DNA of 64,000 nucleotides from IMG/VR virus record IMGVR_UViG_3300034104_003795, positions 62,001 to 126,000 of that record; one strand, written 5' to 3'. How positions within the stretch are numbered: position 1 is the stretch's first letter; each line of letters starts with the position of its first letter. A program made the translations under genes and the position numbers. Below the pieces are notes generated by a model, which was not told the DNA's origin, did not search any database, and saw only the letters and a list, made by a program, of their open reading frames with translations. Below, piece by piece: positions 19,388-27,429 of this stretch.

Positions 19388-20104
19388 TTAAAATTCAGTT
19401 ATACATCCTGTATTTTTGAAATTACTTCTATAATGAACCCGAATACCTCTGTCTTTTTGAGTTGCTATGTATGGTTTAAGTTCATTAATATCAAATATGT
19501 CAAACCATTTTTTCATATAACTATCCCAAGATATAGTGTTACATATATCAAACATTTTTTCAATTGAATAGTTTTCTTTTTGTTGAACATATGCCATACC
19601 AAGACTTGATTCAGGTGTATTATTATTCCTTAAATTGTTAATTAGATTGTCTTTTGTTTTATTAAACATGATTTTCATATTCTCAACAGTACCACATATT
19701 ATATGGTCTCCTATGTGAAATGGATATGGACAATTCAATGGTCTAAAAAACATAGAACTACATAATAGTTTTTCATCTGACTTTAATGAATGGAACATCT
19801 TATCAATATCGGTCCAGTATTCATCACCTCTAACTTTAATAGCATATTTTGTTTCAGTTAAATTCAATCCATTTAAAGTTGATACCAATTGATATTCTAA
19901 GTTTTGCATATGTCCCTGTCCGGCGAATTCAAAATCAACTCCATCTGCTTTTACCACTTTCCAATTTGATGGTATTTCAAATGGTATAGTATAATCATTC
20001 CAAGTTGATATGATAACTTTATGATTTGAATAATTTTCAATCCACATTTTCAATGGCTCATCTTCACATCTTCCTTGTATTATAATTGTTAAATCATTTA
20101 TCAT
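19388..20104 (-). CDS. WavE-like polysaccharide synthesis protein
   Basis: TIIIQG, IISTW, N...Q..STLNGL, YAIKVRGDE, FHIGDH. Confidence 0.7.
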   Translation of the reverse strand: MINDLTIIIQGRCEDEPLKMWIENYSNHKVIISTWNDYTIPFEIPSNWKVVKADGVDFEFAGQGHMQNLEYQLVSTLNGLNLTETKYAIKVRGDEYWTDIDKMFHSLKSDEKLLCSSMFFRPLNCPYPFHIGDHIICGTVENMKIMFNKTKDNLINNLRNNNTPESSLGMAYVQQKENYSIEKMFDICNTISWDSYMKKWFDIFDINELKPYIATQKDRGIRVHYRSNFKNTGCITEF

Positions 20105-20107
20105 ATT

Positions 20108-20833
20108 TTATTTTTTAACCTTTTCATATAAAATTTCCCAATCAATAAAAGATTGCACTTTGTCACCATACTCTTTCATATACCACTCATGCATTTGTTC
20201 TGCATGTGTAATATCTATATTATAATCAACATACATATTTTCTATTGAATCAAACATATGAAAATATTTGTACATCGCATCGGGTTCACCATACGCAAAA
20301 TAATCGCTCCAATGTGTTTCTATTTTATAGAATTCAATGTTACTTTTTGGAACTACGAATTTAGCTTTTTTGAGTTCAATCTGATGGAATAACATGTCAA
20401 ATCTTACTCTCATTATAACATCGTACTGATGTGGATTTTCTATTAAATCCCAAGCACGCTTAACCATCCACCATTGGTCTCTTATTCTTTCAACATAATA
20501 AGTTCCATGATATATTGCTCTTGGATTTACTTTAAACACATCATCATCTCTATCTAAAAATGAAATATTAGGGAATCTATTTTTTTCATAATTTTCCCAA
20601 GATTCAAAGTTATAATTTTTAAGATATGGTTTTAATTTTGATATTAAACTATCTTTATCAACTGGATGATATGCTAAATTAAACTTACCAACACTATTGA
20701 TAGAATGTTGATTGACATCCCAAGTATTAAAATAAACATCTGCATTATATTTTTTAAATAAATGTTCTTCTAAATTAGCAAATACTAATTCAAAATCTCT
20801 ACAATGTCCTGTTAATACAATTGCTACTTTCAT
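20108..20833 (-). CDS. putative glycosyltransferase-like protein
   Basis: KVAIVLTGHCR, DVYFNTW, YDVIMRVRFD, DYFAYG; paralogous to 51277-52092. Confidence 0.6.
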   Translation of the reverse strand: MKVAIVLTGHCRDFELVFANLEEHLFKKYNADVYFNTWDVNQHSINSVGKFNLAYHPVDKDSLISKLKPYLKNYNFESWENYEKNRFPNISFLDRDDDVFKVNPRAIYHGTYYVERIRDQWWMVKRAWDLIENPHQYDVIMRVRFDMLFHQIELKKAKFVVPKSNIEFYKIETHWSDYFAYGEPDAMYKYFHMFDSIENMYVDYNIDITHAEQMHEWYMKEYGDKVQSFIDWEILYEKVKK

Positions 20834-20834
20834 A

Positions 20835-21290
20835 TTATATTTTAACTAAATGGTCAGCCGCATAAGTTGCAATTGGACCTAATGTTTTATATCTAACTTC
20901 ATATCCCATACCTTCTACTAAACCAACCGCTTGTCTAAACACTTCATTTGATTTAAAGCGTGGGTCTGGATTTAAATCAATATCAATCCATTTTGGTTTT
21001 GGAATACCAGCTTCTTTTAAAAATTCCGCAGTTTCAATTGCATACCAAACTTCATTCAATAATCTAACTGAACGAGTAAACTCTCTATCTGCTTTCCATC
21101 TTCTATAAAGTACATGCGCACCTTTTCCGGTAGTGTACAAAGCCACAACAACCGCATATATTGTTTTATCTGCAAAGTTTTGGGAATCGCATCCAATAAG
21201 AATTTCAATTCCATCATTGTTTTCCAAATAATTTTTAACATAAGGGATAAGTTCAAATTCTTCTTTACCATACAATTTTTTGTACTTCAT
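20835..21290 (-). CDS. RNase H-like YkuK (DUF458) family protein
   Basis: IGCDSQ, GKGAHV, RL..EV..AIE, IDLNPD, KSN, ATYAADH. Confidence 0.85.
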   Translation of the reverse strand: MKYKKLYGKEEFELIPYVKNYLENNDGIEILIGCDSQNFADKTIYAVVVALYTTGKGAHVLYRRWKADREFTRSVRLLNEVWYAIETAEFLKEAGIPKPKWIDIDLNPDPRFKSNEVFRQAVGLVEGMGYEVRYKTLGPIATYAADHLVKI

Positions 21291-21295
21291 ATATT

Positions 21296-22108
21296 TTATT
21301 TTTTACCAAAGTGAGATACTATGTGTTTTACTATTAAACTCATTTTATCTGCACTTTCATTTGCTACTCTTTGCACTTCTTCGTGCGTTATTTCTACTAT
21401 CTTACCTGCAACTCCTAAATCAGTAATCAAAGACATTGAGAATACTTTAACCCCCATATGTCTAGCAACTAATACTTCAGGTATAGTTGACATCCCAACT
21501 GCATCTCCACCTATTATACTCATATATCTATACTCTGCTGGCGTTTCATAGTTTGGACCGGATACTGCTATCAATACTCCTTCATGCGTTCTAATATCAA
21601 CTTCACATTGTTTCGCTACTTCAATCATTTCCTTATCATATGCCGCACTAACATCTAAAAAACGAGGTCCCATTGAATCATCATTTGGACCTAACAATGG
21701 ATTATCACCCATTAGATTAATATGGTCATTTACAAACATCACATCACCAATTTCAAAGTTAGGATTCATACCACCCGTTGCGTTGGATGTTATCAATCTT
21801 TCGATACCTAACATTTTCAGTATTCGTATTGGGTATGTAATTTCTTGCATTGTATATCCTTCGTAATAATGATTTCTACCCTGAAGTGCTACTACCGGTA
21901 CTCCATCAAGTGTACCAAATATTAAATTACCACTATGCCCTTCAATCGTTGGTGTGATAAAACCCGGAATATCTTTATATGGTATTGTAGCTGTAATATC
22001 TATATCGTTAGCCACATCACCTAATCCTGAACCCAATACCAATCCTATCTTTGGTCTAGTATATGTAAACTTATTAATGTAATTTAATGTTTCGTTATAT
22101 TGTGCCAT
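21296..22108 (-). CDS. punA: purine nucleoside phosphorylase (trimeric type)
   Basis: LGSGLG, GHSG, QGRNHYYEG, TNATGG, GPNYETPAE, VGMSTIPE. Confidence 0.92.
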   Translation of the reverse strand: MAQYNETLNYINKFTYTRPKIGLVLGSGLGDVANDIDITATIPYKDIPGFITPTIEGHSGNLIFGTLDGVPVVALQGRNHYYEGYTMQEITYPIRILKMLGIERLITSNATGGMNPNFEIGDVMFVNDHINLMGDNPLLGPNDDSMGPRFLDVSAAYDKEMIEVAKQCEVDIRTHEGVLIAVSGPNYETPAEYRYMSIIGGDAVGMSTIPEVLVARHMGVKVFSMSLITDLGVAGKIVEITHEEVQRVANESADKMSLIVKHIVSHFGKK

Positions 22109-22526
22109 TTGTTATTCTTTTTTTAATTTCGGTTGTACTGATTCCTCTGGTGTATGATAGGTAAACTAATACAATATCATTTTCATCCAGCCAATCCTGT
22201 GTGAATTGCATTTGTGTATAATAATCTTTCTTTGCCCAATCATCACCAATTGCTATGATATCAGGTTTAACTTGTAATATTGATGGTTTACTATCTGCAC
22301 CCCCGATGTTAGGAATAACCTCATCAACAAACTTACAAAACTCCAAAGACTTCTTTCGTTCTTCGTAAGTCATAATTGGTGGTTTACCTTTATAGTATTC
22401 AATAAACTCATCTGTGTTTAGTGATACTATTACTTTATCAGCTATTTTAGAACATTGTTTAAGAAAGTTCATGTGGCCATAATGTAATATGTCAAATGTT
22501 CCACCGGTGTATAATATTTTACTCAT
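22095..22526 (-). CDS. cytidylyltransferase (TagD/RfaE-like)
   Basis: YTGGTFDILHYGH (HxGH), IGDDW, Y..GISTT. Confidence 0.88.
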   Translation of the reverse strand: MSKILYTGGTFDILHYGHMNFLKQCSKIADKVIVSLNTDEFIEYYKGKPPIMTYEERKKSLEFCKFVDEVIPNIGGADSKPSILQVKPDIIAIGDDWAKKDYYTQMQFTQDWLDENDIVLVYLSYTRGISTTEIKKRITNGTI

Positions 22527-23214
22527 ATATTCGTTTAAAAGGTATATTTACTCTGTTTAATTCTGCTTCAATTTCTATTACATTATTTGTATGTAATCCA
22601 TCCCCACAATAATCCGTATATTTTCTAGTAGGAAGTTCTAATATAATTGAATTTTCTATTTGTTTTGTTTTATCATATAATTCATGTCCTAATAATATTT
22701 CAATAGATTCATTTCTTTCGAGAATTGGAAATAGATGATTTAATTTTTTAGGATTTATTGCAAGTGTACAAGCATTAACTTCATACGATGGTCTAGTTGC
22801 ATATGCAATTGGAGGCCACGGTGGTGCGGGCCAATCTCCACATGCTAAATCAAATGTATTATCTAAAAGAAATCTAATTGTTTCACCGCTTGTAAAAAAT
22901 GAATCTTCATCTAATATTAGAACTTTATCATATTCTCTAGTTAGAGCCTGTATTTTATTTATACCTTCAGTAAAGTAAAATCCATTTAATGTAGAACCTG
23001 CTGCAGATGTATTTCCAAAATTCCATTTCTTCTTATCAAAATAAATTGATACTCCTAATTCTAAAAACTTTGGTATGTATTGAATGTATTCGCTTATATC
23101 ATTATCATATAAAAAAAGACATCTTATATCAATATTAGGAAAAAGATGTCTCACCGATTGAACCGATAAATAAGTTCTATCAGTTCGTTTATAATCTTTA
23201 AAAAATACTATCAT
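22519..23214 (-). CDS. putative glycosyltransferase-like protein
   Basis: LILDED (DxD) motif; start trimmed to MIVFFKDY so it clears tRNA-Leu. Confidence 0.55.
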   Translation of the reverse strand: MIVFFKDYKRTDRTYLSVQSVRHLFPNIDIRCLFLYDNDISEYIQYIPKFLELGVSIYFDKKKWNFGNTSAAGSTLNGFYFTEGINKIQALTREYDKVLILDEDSFFTSGETIRFLLDNTFDLACGDWPAPPWPPIAYATRPSYEVNACTLAINPKKLNHLFPILERNESIEILLGHELYDKTKQIENSIILELPTRKYTDYCGDGLHTNNVIEIEAELNRVNIPFKRIYE

Positions 23215-23230
23215 ATTATTAAGTTGTTTG

Positions 23231-23311
23231 TGCCCCAAGAGAGATTCGAACTCTCACACCTCTCGATATCAGTTCCTAAAACTGATGTGTCTACCGTTCC
23301 ACCATCAGGGC
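23231..23311 (-). tRNA. tRNA-Leu(TAG)
   Basis: Cloverleaf, anticodon arm tcagt-ttTAGga-actga, long variable arm. Confidence 0.93.
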
Positions 23312-23839
23312 ATATTTTTGTAATGATTTTAAAAATAATTCAATTCCTTTGTTGTGATTAGCTTCCCAATCATCCGGATTACCGCTATCACTTACATATT
23401 TGTATGCAGTAAAATCAAATCCATAAATCTTACATACCTTTGCAATTGAGTATGCTTCCATATCACATATTACAGATGGTGTGGTTTGAAAATGGTCTTG
23501 TGTATAACATATATTATATCCCAATCCATTGAAATCAATATTACCCATCAATATTTCATTATCAAATGGTGTTTTTGTTTTATCTGCAAATGGTCTAGCG
23601 TCCATATCGTTTTGGACAAATGTTTTACACTTAAATAAACTACCAACCATAACGGCATGCCCACCCGCACTTCCGTAGTTTATAACTACTACATCTTTGG
23701 GGTCTAAATCTTTAAGAGTTTCAGTTGCTTTTATAGCCGCATTTACTTTTCCAACACCAGTATAAACAACTTTAACACCTTCCGGTGCTTTTTCCTTTGG
23801 AAACTCATTTTCTAATGCAACAAATAATATAACGTTCAT
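23291..23839 (-). CDS. mtnN: MTA/SAH nucleosidase-like phosphorylase
   Basis: TGVGKVNAA, INYGSAGG, Q.DMD, CDMEAY, KYVSD; last 21 nt run into tRNA-Leu. Confidence 0.8.
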   Translation of the reverse strand: MNVILFVALENEFPKEKAPEGVKVVYTGVGKVNAAIKATETLKDLDPKDVVVINYGSAGGHAVMVGSLFKCKTFVQNDMDARPFADKTKTPFDNEILMGNIDFNGLGYNICYTQDHFQTTPSVICDMEAYSIAKVCKIYGFDFTAYKYVSDSGNPDDWEANHNKGIELFLKSLQKYALMVER

Positions 23840-23850
23840 AACAATAAGTA

Positions 23851-24023
23851 TGCTGTTAGAGTAGGATTCGAACCATACAGGAGGAGATTCAAAAAGTAAC
23901 ATTTAGTGCTTGCAAGCTGGTGGTCAACCCCATATTACTTTTCTATTTCTTTATCCTCGCCCACGAGACGAGTGGGTGTGTTTGCCAGGTTATAACATAG
24001 ATAACCAATTTCACCATCTAACA
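23851..24023 (-). ncRNA. giant tRNA-like RNA (GTC anticodon, D-loop hairpin insertion, ~80 nt branched variable arm)
   Basis: Acceptor TGTTAGA/TCTAACA-G, D arm GTGAAATT..GGCAAACAC, anticodon arm cccac-tcGTCtc-gtggg, T loop GGTTCGAATCC. Confidence 0.75.
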
Positions 24024-24028
24024 ATTTT

Positions 24029-24115
24029 TGCGGAGAAACAGGGATTCGAACCCCAGAACCTGTTACAGTTGCCGGTTTTCAAGACCGGTGCATTCAACCA
24101 CTCTGCCATTTCTCC
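24029..24115 (-). tRNA. tRNA-Ser(TGA)
   Basis: ccggt-ctTGAaa-accgg, long variable arm. Confidence 0.93.
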
Positions 24116-24132
24116 GTTAAGTACTCTAATAA

Positions 24133-24396
24133 TTAGAATACTTTTTCTTCGCTTTTACCGTCTAAACTATTTTCGGTATCGGCATGCTTTCTTCTAGCTT
24201 CTTCTGCTTCTTTATATATTCTAACCCAAGTTAAGAATATATCTACTGGCGCTAATATCCAACACATAATCAATAGAGCCATAGAATCTAATCCAGGTGA
24301 AATACCTAATCCACCAGCCATTACATCTCTATTCCATTTTCGTATTGACATTATAACACAATAGATGAAACACATTACATAATAAGTAATAAACAT
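24133..24396 (-). CDS. small membrane protein
   Basis: Two hydrophobic segments, located between tRNAs. Confidence 0.65.
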   Translation of the reverse strand: MFITYYVMCFIYCVIMSIRKWNRDVMAGGLGISPGLDSMALLIMCWILAPVDIFLTWVRIYKEAEEARRKHADTENSLDGKSEEKVF

Positions 24397-24415
24397 AACA
24401 TTTGTTTTTAATGAG

Positions 24416-24487
24416 TTACCCGAACTGGACTCGAACCAATACGAACAGAATCAAAATCTGTGATGCTAACCATTACATCATCGGGCA
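24416..24487 (-). tRNA. tRNA-Gln(TTG)
   Basis: acaga-ttTTGat-tctgt. Confidence 0.9.
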
Positions 24488-24492
24488 ATAAT

Positions 24493-24565
24493 CTCAAGCA
24501 TTCTACTTCCCGCAGTGCGAAATTGTATCTTACTTAGCCCATCGCTAGCGGTATGGGTACTTGAG
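24493..24565 (-). ncRNA. candidate structured small RNA between tRNA-Gly and tRNA-Gln
   Basis: Closing stem CTCAAGTA/TGCTTGAG with internal CCCAT/ATGGG hairpin. Confidence 0.4.
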
Positions 24566-24623
24566 TTTTAGTAATTGAAAAACATCTATTCTTCTTGCGG
24601 CCTAATACTAACAGGCCCACTTG

Positions 24624-24696
24624 AGCGAGAGACCAGGCTCGAACTGGCCACCTGAAGCTTGGAAGGCTACCGCTCTACCAAATGAGCTACTCTCGC
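24624..24696 (-). tRNA. tRNA-Gly(TCC)
   Basis: Loop ctTCCaa; near-duplicate body of the adjacent Gly(GCC). Confidence 0.9.
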
Positions 24697-24751
24697 TAAA
24701 GAGTGTAGTGGAAGATATCATTCCTGCAGTTACTACACGTTTTATCTGCTT

Positions 24752-24827
24752 TGGAGCGGAAGACCAGGCTCGAACTGGCCACCCTGACCTTGGCAAGGTC
24801 ATGCTCTACCAAATGAGCTACTTCCGC
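24752..24827 (-). tRNA. tRNA-Gly(GCC)
   Basis: tgacc-ttGCCaa-ggtca, encoded CCA. Confidence 0.93.
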
Positions 24828-24884
24828 AATTAATAGGTGAGGCTATTACCATCATTAAGTCTTTAATGCTTTAGACACCTATTG

Positions 24885-24958
24885 TGGACCCACTTGGAAT
24901 CGAACCAAGCACCTAATGATTATGAGTCATTTGCTCTAACCGAATGAGCTATAGGTCC
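24885..24958 (-). tRNA. tRNA-Ile2(CAT, lysidine type)
   Basis: aatga-ctCATaa-tcatt, G1-C72 acceptor resembling ileX; the Ile2 versus Met assignment is inferred. Confidence 0.8.
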
Positions 24959-24962
24959 GATG

Positions 24963-25036
24963 TGGAGAAGAAGGGATTCGAACCCATGACCCCCTGCGTG
25001 CAAGGCAGGTGCTCTAGCCAACTGAGCTACTTCCCC
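24963..25036 (-). tRNA. tRNA-Ala(TGC)
   Basis: cctgc-ctTGCac-gcagg, G3.U70. Confidence 0.93.
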
Positions 25037-25047
25037 ATAAGTGAACG

Positions 25048-25133
25048 TACCGGGGATGGGATTCGAACCCACACGAGCGATTTCTGCTCAAAAGATTTTA
25101 AGTCTTTCATGTCTACCATTCCATCACCCCGGC
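25048..25133 (-). tRNA. tRNA-Leu(TAA)
   Basis: aaaga-ctTAAaa-tcttt, long variable arm. Confidence 0.93.
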
Positions 25134-25158
25134 GGCGATACTATTTTTAATAACTATA

Positions 25159-25190
25159 CAAAGATACGAATAATAATTTAATTATCCAAA
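25159..25190 (-). promoter_or_regulatory. Bacteroidota sigma-A type promoter internal to the tRNA array
   Basis: TTTG-N20-TATCTTTG. Confidence 0.75.
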
Positions 25191-25627
25191 TCCTTTTTTA
25201 TATTATATATTTTAACCCTTCTGATTTTAGTTCCACTCTCATCAGGATTAATTAATATATCAATTTTTTTTCTCCACCTCTTTGCCATCAAATCTCTGAC
25301 AGTATAAACACCATCTAATTTTCCAGCACCCTTCACTCTTACTTTTTGTCCAAACTTATACTTTCGTTTCAGGTCTCTACTAATCGCTATTACCTTTTGT
25401 TTCTTTGGATTAAGACTATCCAACTTATAACCACTTGCGGTAATTAAGGGAGTTGAATCGGTTTGGCCGGCGGATACCGTATATGTTGTAACCGTAACTA
25501 CATCATAAGGTATGTGTTTCTTTTCTATCATTATATCCGCAACTTCTTCCTCACTCATTTCGGAGTCAATCATATTATGTGGAATAAACATAATAACAGT
25601 TAAGAATAAAAGAATAACTTTTCTCAT
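25178..25627 (-). CDS. 3D domain (MltA-B/RlpA-like) cell-wall protein
   Basis: Signal peptide; VTTY..QTDSTP.ITASG, IAISRDL, FGQKV, VRD.M, IDILI. Confidence 0.85.
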   Translation of the reverse strand: MRKVILLFLTVIMFIPHNMIDSEMSEEEVADIMIEKKHIPYDVVTVTTYTVSAGQTDSTPLITASGYKLDSLNPKKQKVIAISRDLKRKYKFGQKVRVKGAGKLDGVYTVRDLMAKRWRKKIDILINPDESGTKIRRVKIYNIKKDLDN

Positions 25628-25645
25628 AACTTATTTTTTATTTAG

Positions 25646-25719
25646 TGATTCGGAAAGGATTCGAACCTTTGACCCCAAACTTAGAAGGTTTGTGCTCTAT
25701 CCAGCTGAGCTACCGAACC
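25646..25719 (-). tRNA. tRNA-Arg(TCT)
   Basis: caaac-ctTCTaa-gtttg. Confidence 0.93.
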
Positions 25720-25722
25720 ATA

Positions 25723-25821
25723 TAGTAAGAGAGATACTACGTCTAATATCTCAATGTTTCTACCGGCCGTCTATGGAATATGCGCACTGACCATAAACTA
25801 AACTTTCGTCTGCTCTTACTA
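25723..25821 (-). ncRNA. candidate multibranch small RNA between tRNA-Asp and tRNA-Arg
   Basis: 9 bp closing stem TAGTAAGAG/CTCTTACTA plus three internal hairpins. Confidence 0.45.
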
Positions 25822-25825
25822 CTTG

Positions 25826-25896
25826 CGGAAAGTACGGGAATCGAACCCGTCACATTGCCGTGACAAGGCAACATTATACCGATTAACTAACTCTCC
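25826..25896 (-). tRNA. tRNA-Asp(GTC)
   Basis: ttgcc-ttGTCac-ggcaa, G73. Confidence 0.9.
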
Positions 25897-25925
25897 AAAT
25901 TACATTATCGTTCTTTAACTAATTT

Positions 25926-26183
25926 TTATTTTTTATTGTTAGTTAATTTTTGTTCTAATTTATCCAATCTCGAATCTAATTGAGAAAAGATGTGATTTTC
26001 TAATTCATCTGCTCTACGATTAAAGTCAGTTTGATTTCTATCAACTTGACGATACAAATCTTCGCCGATGCTTTCTAATTCTTTTTCTATTTTTCTTGCC
26101 TTAACAAGCCCAATAACAGCAACTATCGACACTGCGATAACCACCACTACAGACATTCCTAAAACGAATGATAATATTTCCAT
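25926..26183 (-). CDS. membrane-anchored coiled-coil protein
   Basis: N-terminal TM helix plus ...SQLDSRLDKLE; flanked by 15 bp inverted repeat. Confidence 0.7.
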   Translation of the reverse strand: MEILSFVLGMSVVVVIAVSIVAVIGLVKARKIEKELESIGEDLYRQVDRNQTDFNRRADELENHIFSQLDSRLDKLEQKLTNNKK

Positions 26184-26220
26184 AATTTATTTCTCCTATA
26201 TGTCAAAGAACGATAATGTG

Positions 26221-26293
26221 AGCCCAAGACAAGAATCGAACTTGCGACCTACTGATTACAAATCAGTTGCTCTACCTGCTGAGCTACTCGGGC
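26221..26293 (-). tRNA. tRNA-Thr(TGT)
   Basis: actga-ttTGTaa-tcagt. Confidence 0.93.
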
Positions 26294-26297
26294 GTTT

Positions 26298-26391
26298 AGG
26301 AAAGTAGAAGATGGGTGCGTGGACATCTACTTTTATGATTGGCATTTCTAACCGATTTATGCATACTAATATGCTTATCCCAATCAACCTT
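26298..26391 (-). ncRNA. candidate structured small RNA between tRNA-Glu and tRNA-Thr
   Basis: TGATTGG/CCAATCA, GCATA/TATGC and AAAGTAG/CTACTTT stems. Confidence 0.35.
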
Positions 26392-26393
26392 TG

Positions 26394-26465
26394 TACTCTG
26401 TACGGGATTCGAACCCGTATTACATCCGTGAAAGGGATGTGACCTAACCCTTAGTCGAACAGAGC
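26394..26465 (-). tRNA. tRNA-Glu(TTC)
   Basis: catcc-ctTTCac-ggatg. Confidence 0.93.
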
Positions 26466-26483
26466 GTTAATGTTAATGTTATA

Positions 26484-26515
26484 CAAATATACGAATAATA
26501 TCTGATATAACCAAA
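26484..26515 (-). promoter_or_regulatory. Bacteroidota sigma-A type promoter internal to the tRNA array
   Basis: TTTG-N20-TATATTTG. Confidence 0.75.
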
Positions 26516-26521
26516 TCTATT

Positions 26522-26665
26522 TTAACAATAGGTTTTATATTTTTTTATACCACCTTTCAAACGTCTTATACATATCATACAAGCTCCGTTTTCTCTTATT
26601 ATTTTTCTTATTCGGTATAACTTATTACTTCGTCTATTAATTTCAAACTTATCATTTTTCATAAT
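26522..26665 (-). CDS. small basic hypothetical protein
   Basis: Start trimmed to approximately MKNDKFE to clear tRNA-Ser. Confidence 0.35.
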   Translation of the reverse strand: MMKNDKFEINRRSNKLYRIRKIIRENGACMICIRRLKGGIKKYKTYC

Positions 26666-26678
26666 GTCCAATTTAATG

Positions 26679-26767
26679 CGGAGAATGTTGGATTCGAACC
26701 AACGGTACAACTTTCATCGTACAACGGTTTAGCAAACCGGCCCCATCGTCCACTCGGGCAATTCTCC
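26679..26767 (-). tRNA. tRNA-Ser(GCT)
   Basis: Loop ttGCTaa, long variable arm. Confidence 0.9.
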
Positions 26768-26771
26768 GTTG

Positions 26772-26844
26772 GGGTGTAAGGACGGTATCGAACCGTCTTA
26801 TCTAGCTCCACAAACTAGCGCATCACCTTAATGCTTCAAACACC
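26772..26844 (-). tRNA. tRNA-His(GTG)
   Basis: ctagt-ttGTGga-gctag, G-1/C73. Confidence 0.9.
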
Positions 26845-26847
26845 ATT

Positions 26848-26919
26848 TGGTTGCGGGGCCAGGAATCGAACCTGAATATCTGGCTTATGAGACCAAACGG
26901 ATTACCTAATCTCCCCACA
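26848..26919 (-). tRNA. tRNA-Met(CAT) with shortened D arm
   Basis: TGTGGGG/CCCCGCA-A-CCA, loop ctCATaa, D arm only GATT-AGGT-AATC. Confidence 0.75.
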
Positions 26920-26927
26920 ATATCAAG

Positions 26928-26998
26928 AGGCGAGTACAAGATTCGAACTTGTGTAAAAGCTTTTGCAGAGCTCCATATAACCACTCTAACAACTCGCC
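26928..26998 (-). tRNA. tRNA-Cys(GCA)
   Basis: gagct-ctGCAaa-agctt, U73. Confidence 0.92.
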
Positions 26999-27004
26999 AT
27001 TTTG

Positions 27005-27077
27005 TAGCCCCTAAAGGATTCGAACCCATACTCCGAAGTCCGTAGCTTCGTGTGCTAATCCATTACACCAAAGAGCC
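27005..27077 (-). tRNA. tRNA-Arg(ACG)
   Basis: cgaag-ctACGga-cttcg. Confidence 0.92.
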
Positions 27078-27081
27078 ATAG

Positions 27082-27152
27082 CACCGGTGGAAGGACTCGA
27101 ACCCTCACAAACAGTTTTGGAGACTGGTATGCTACCATTACACTACACCGAT
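27082..27152 (-). tRNA. tRNA-Trp(CCA)
   Basis: Loop ctCCAaa, G73. Confidence 0.9.
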
Positions 27153-27158
27153 ATATTG

Positions 27159-27232
27159 TTGGAATAAAAAGAATCGAACTTTTAACCTTCCGCGTATCAG
27201 ACGGATGCTCTAACCAATTGAGCTATATTCCA
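27159..27232 (-). tRNA. tRNA-Ile(GAT)
   Basis: tccgt-ctGATac-gcgga. Confidence 0.9.
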
Positions 27233-27280
27233 ATTTTGCACTTCCTATTTCCCAATGCTGTGTAGTGCGAACCATATCGG

Positions 27281-27354
27281 TTGGGAATGCAGGATTCGAA
27301 CCTACGGCCTCTAGCTCCCAAAGCTAGCGCGATACCTGACTACGCTAATTCCCA
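27281..27354 (-). tRNA. tRNA-Pro(TGG)
   Basis: ctagc-ttTGGga-gctag. Confidence 0.92.
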
Positions 27355-27429
27355 ATGTGATAAGTTTCCATCCTATCGTATAATGTGTACATCATTATTT
27401 TAACTCAATATTAAGTTCGGAACTTTTTG

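Noticed and set aside
23851-24023. Intron-containing tRNA or tmRNA
   Set aside because: The inserts lie in the D loop and variable arm rather than the anticodon loop, and are far too short for group I or II introns with no P/Q/R/S cores. There is no G3.U70 pair and no tag reading frame.
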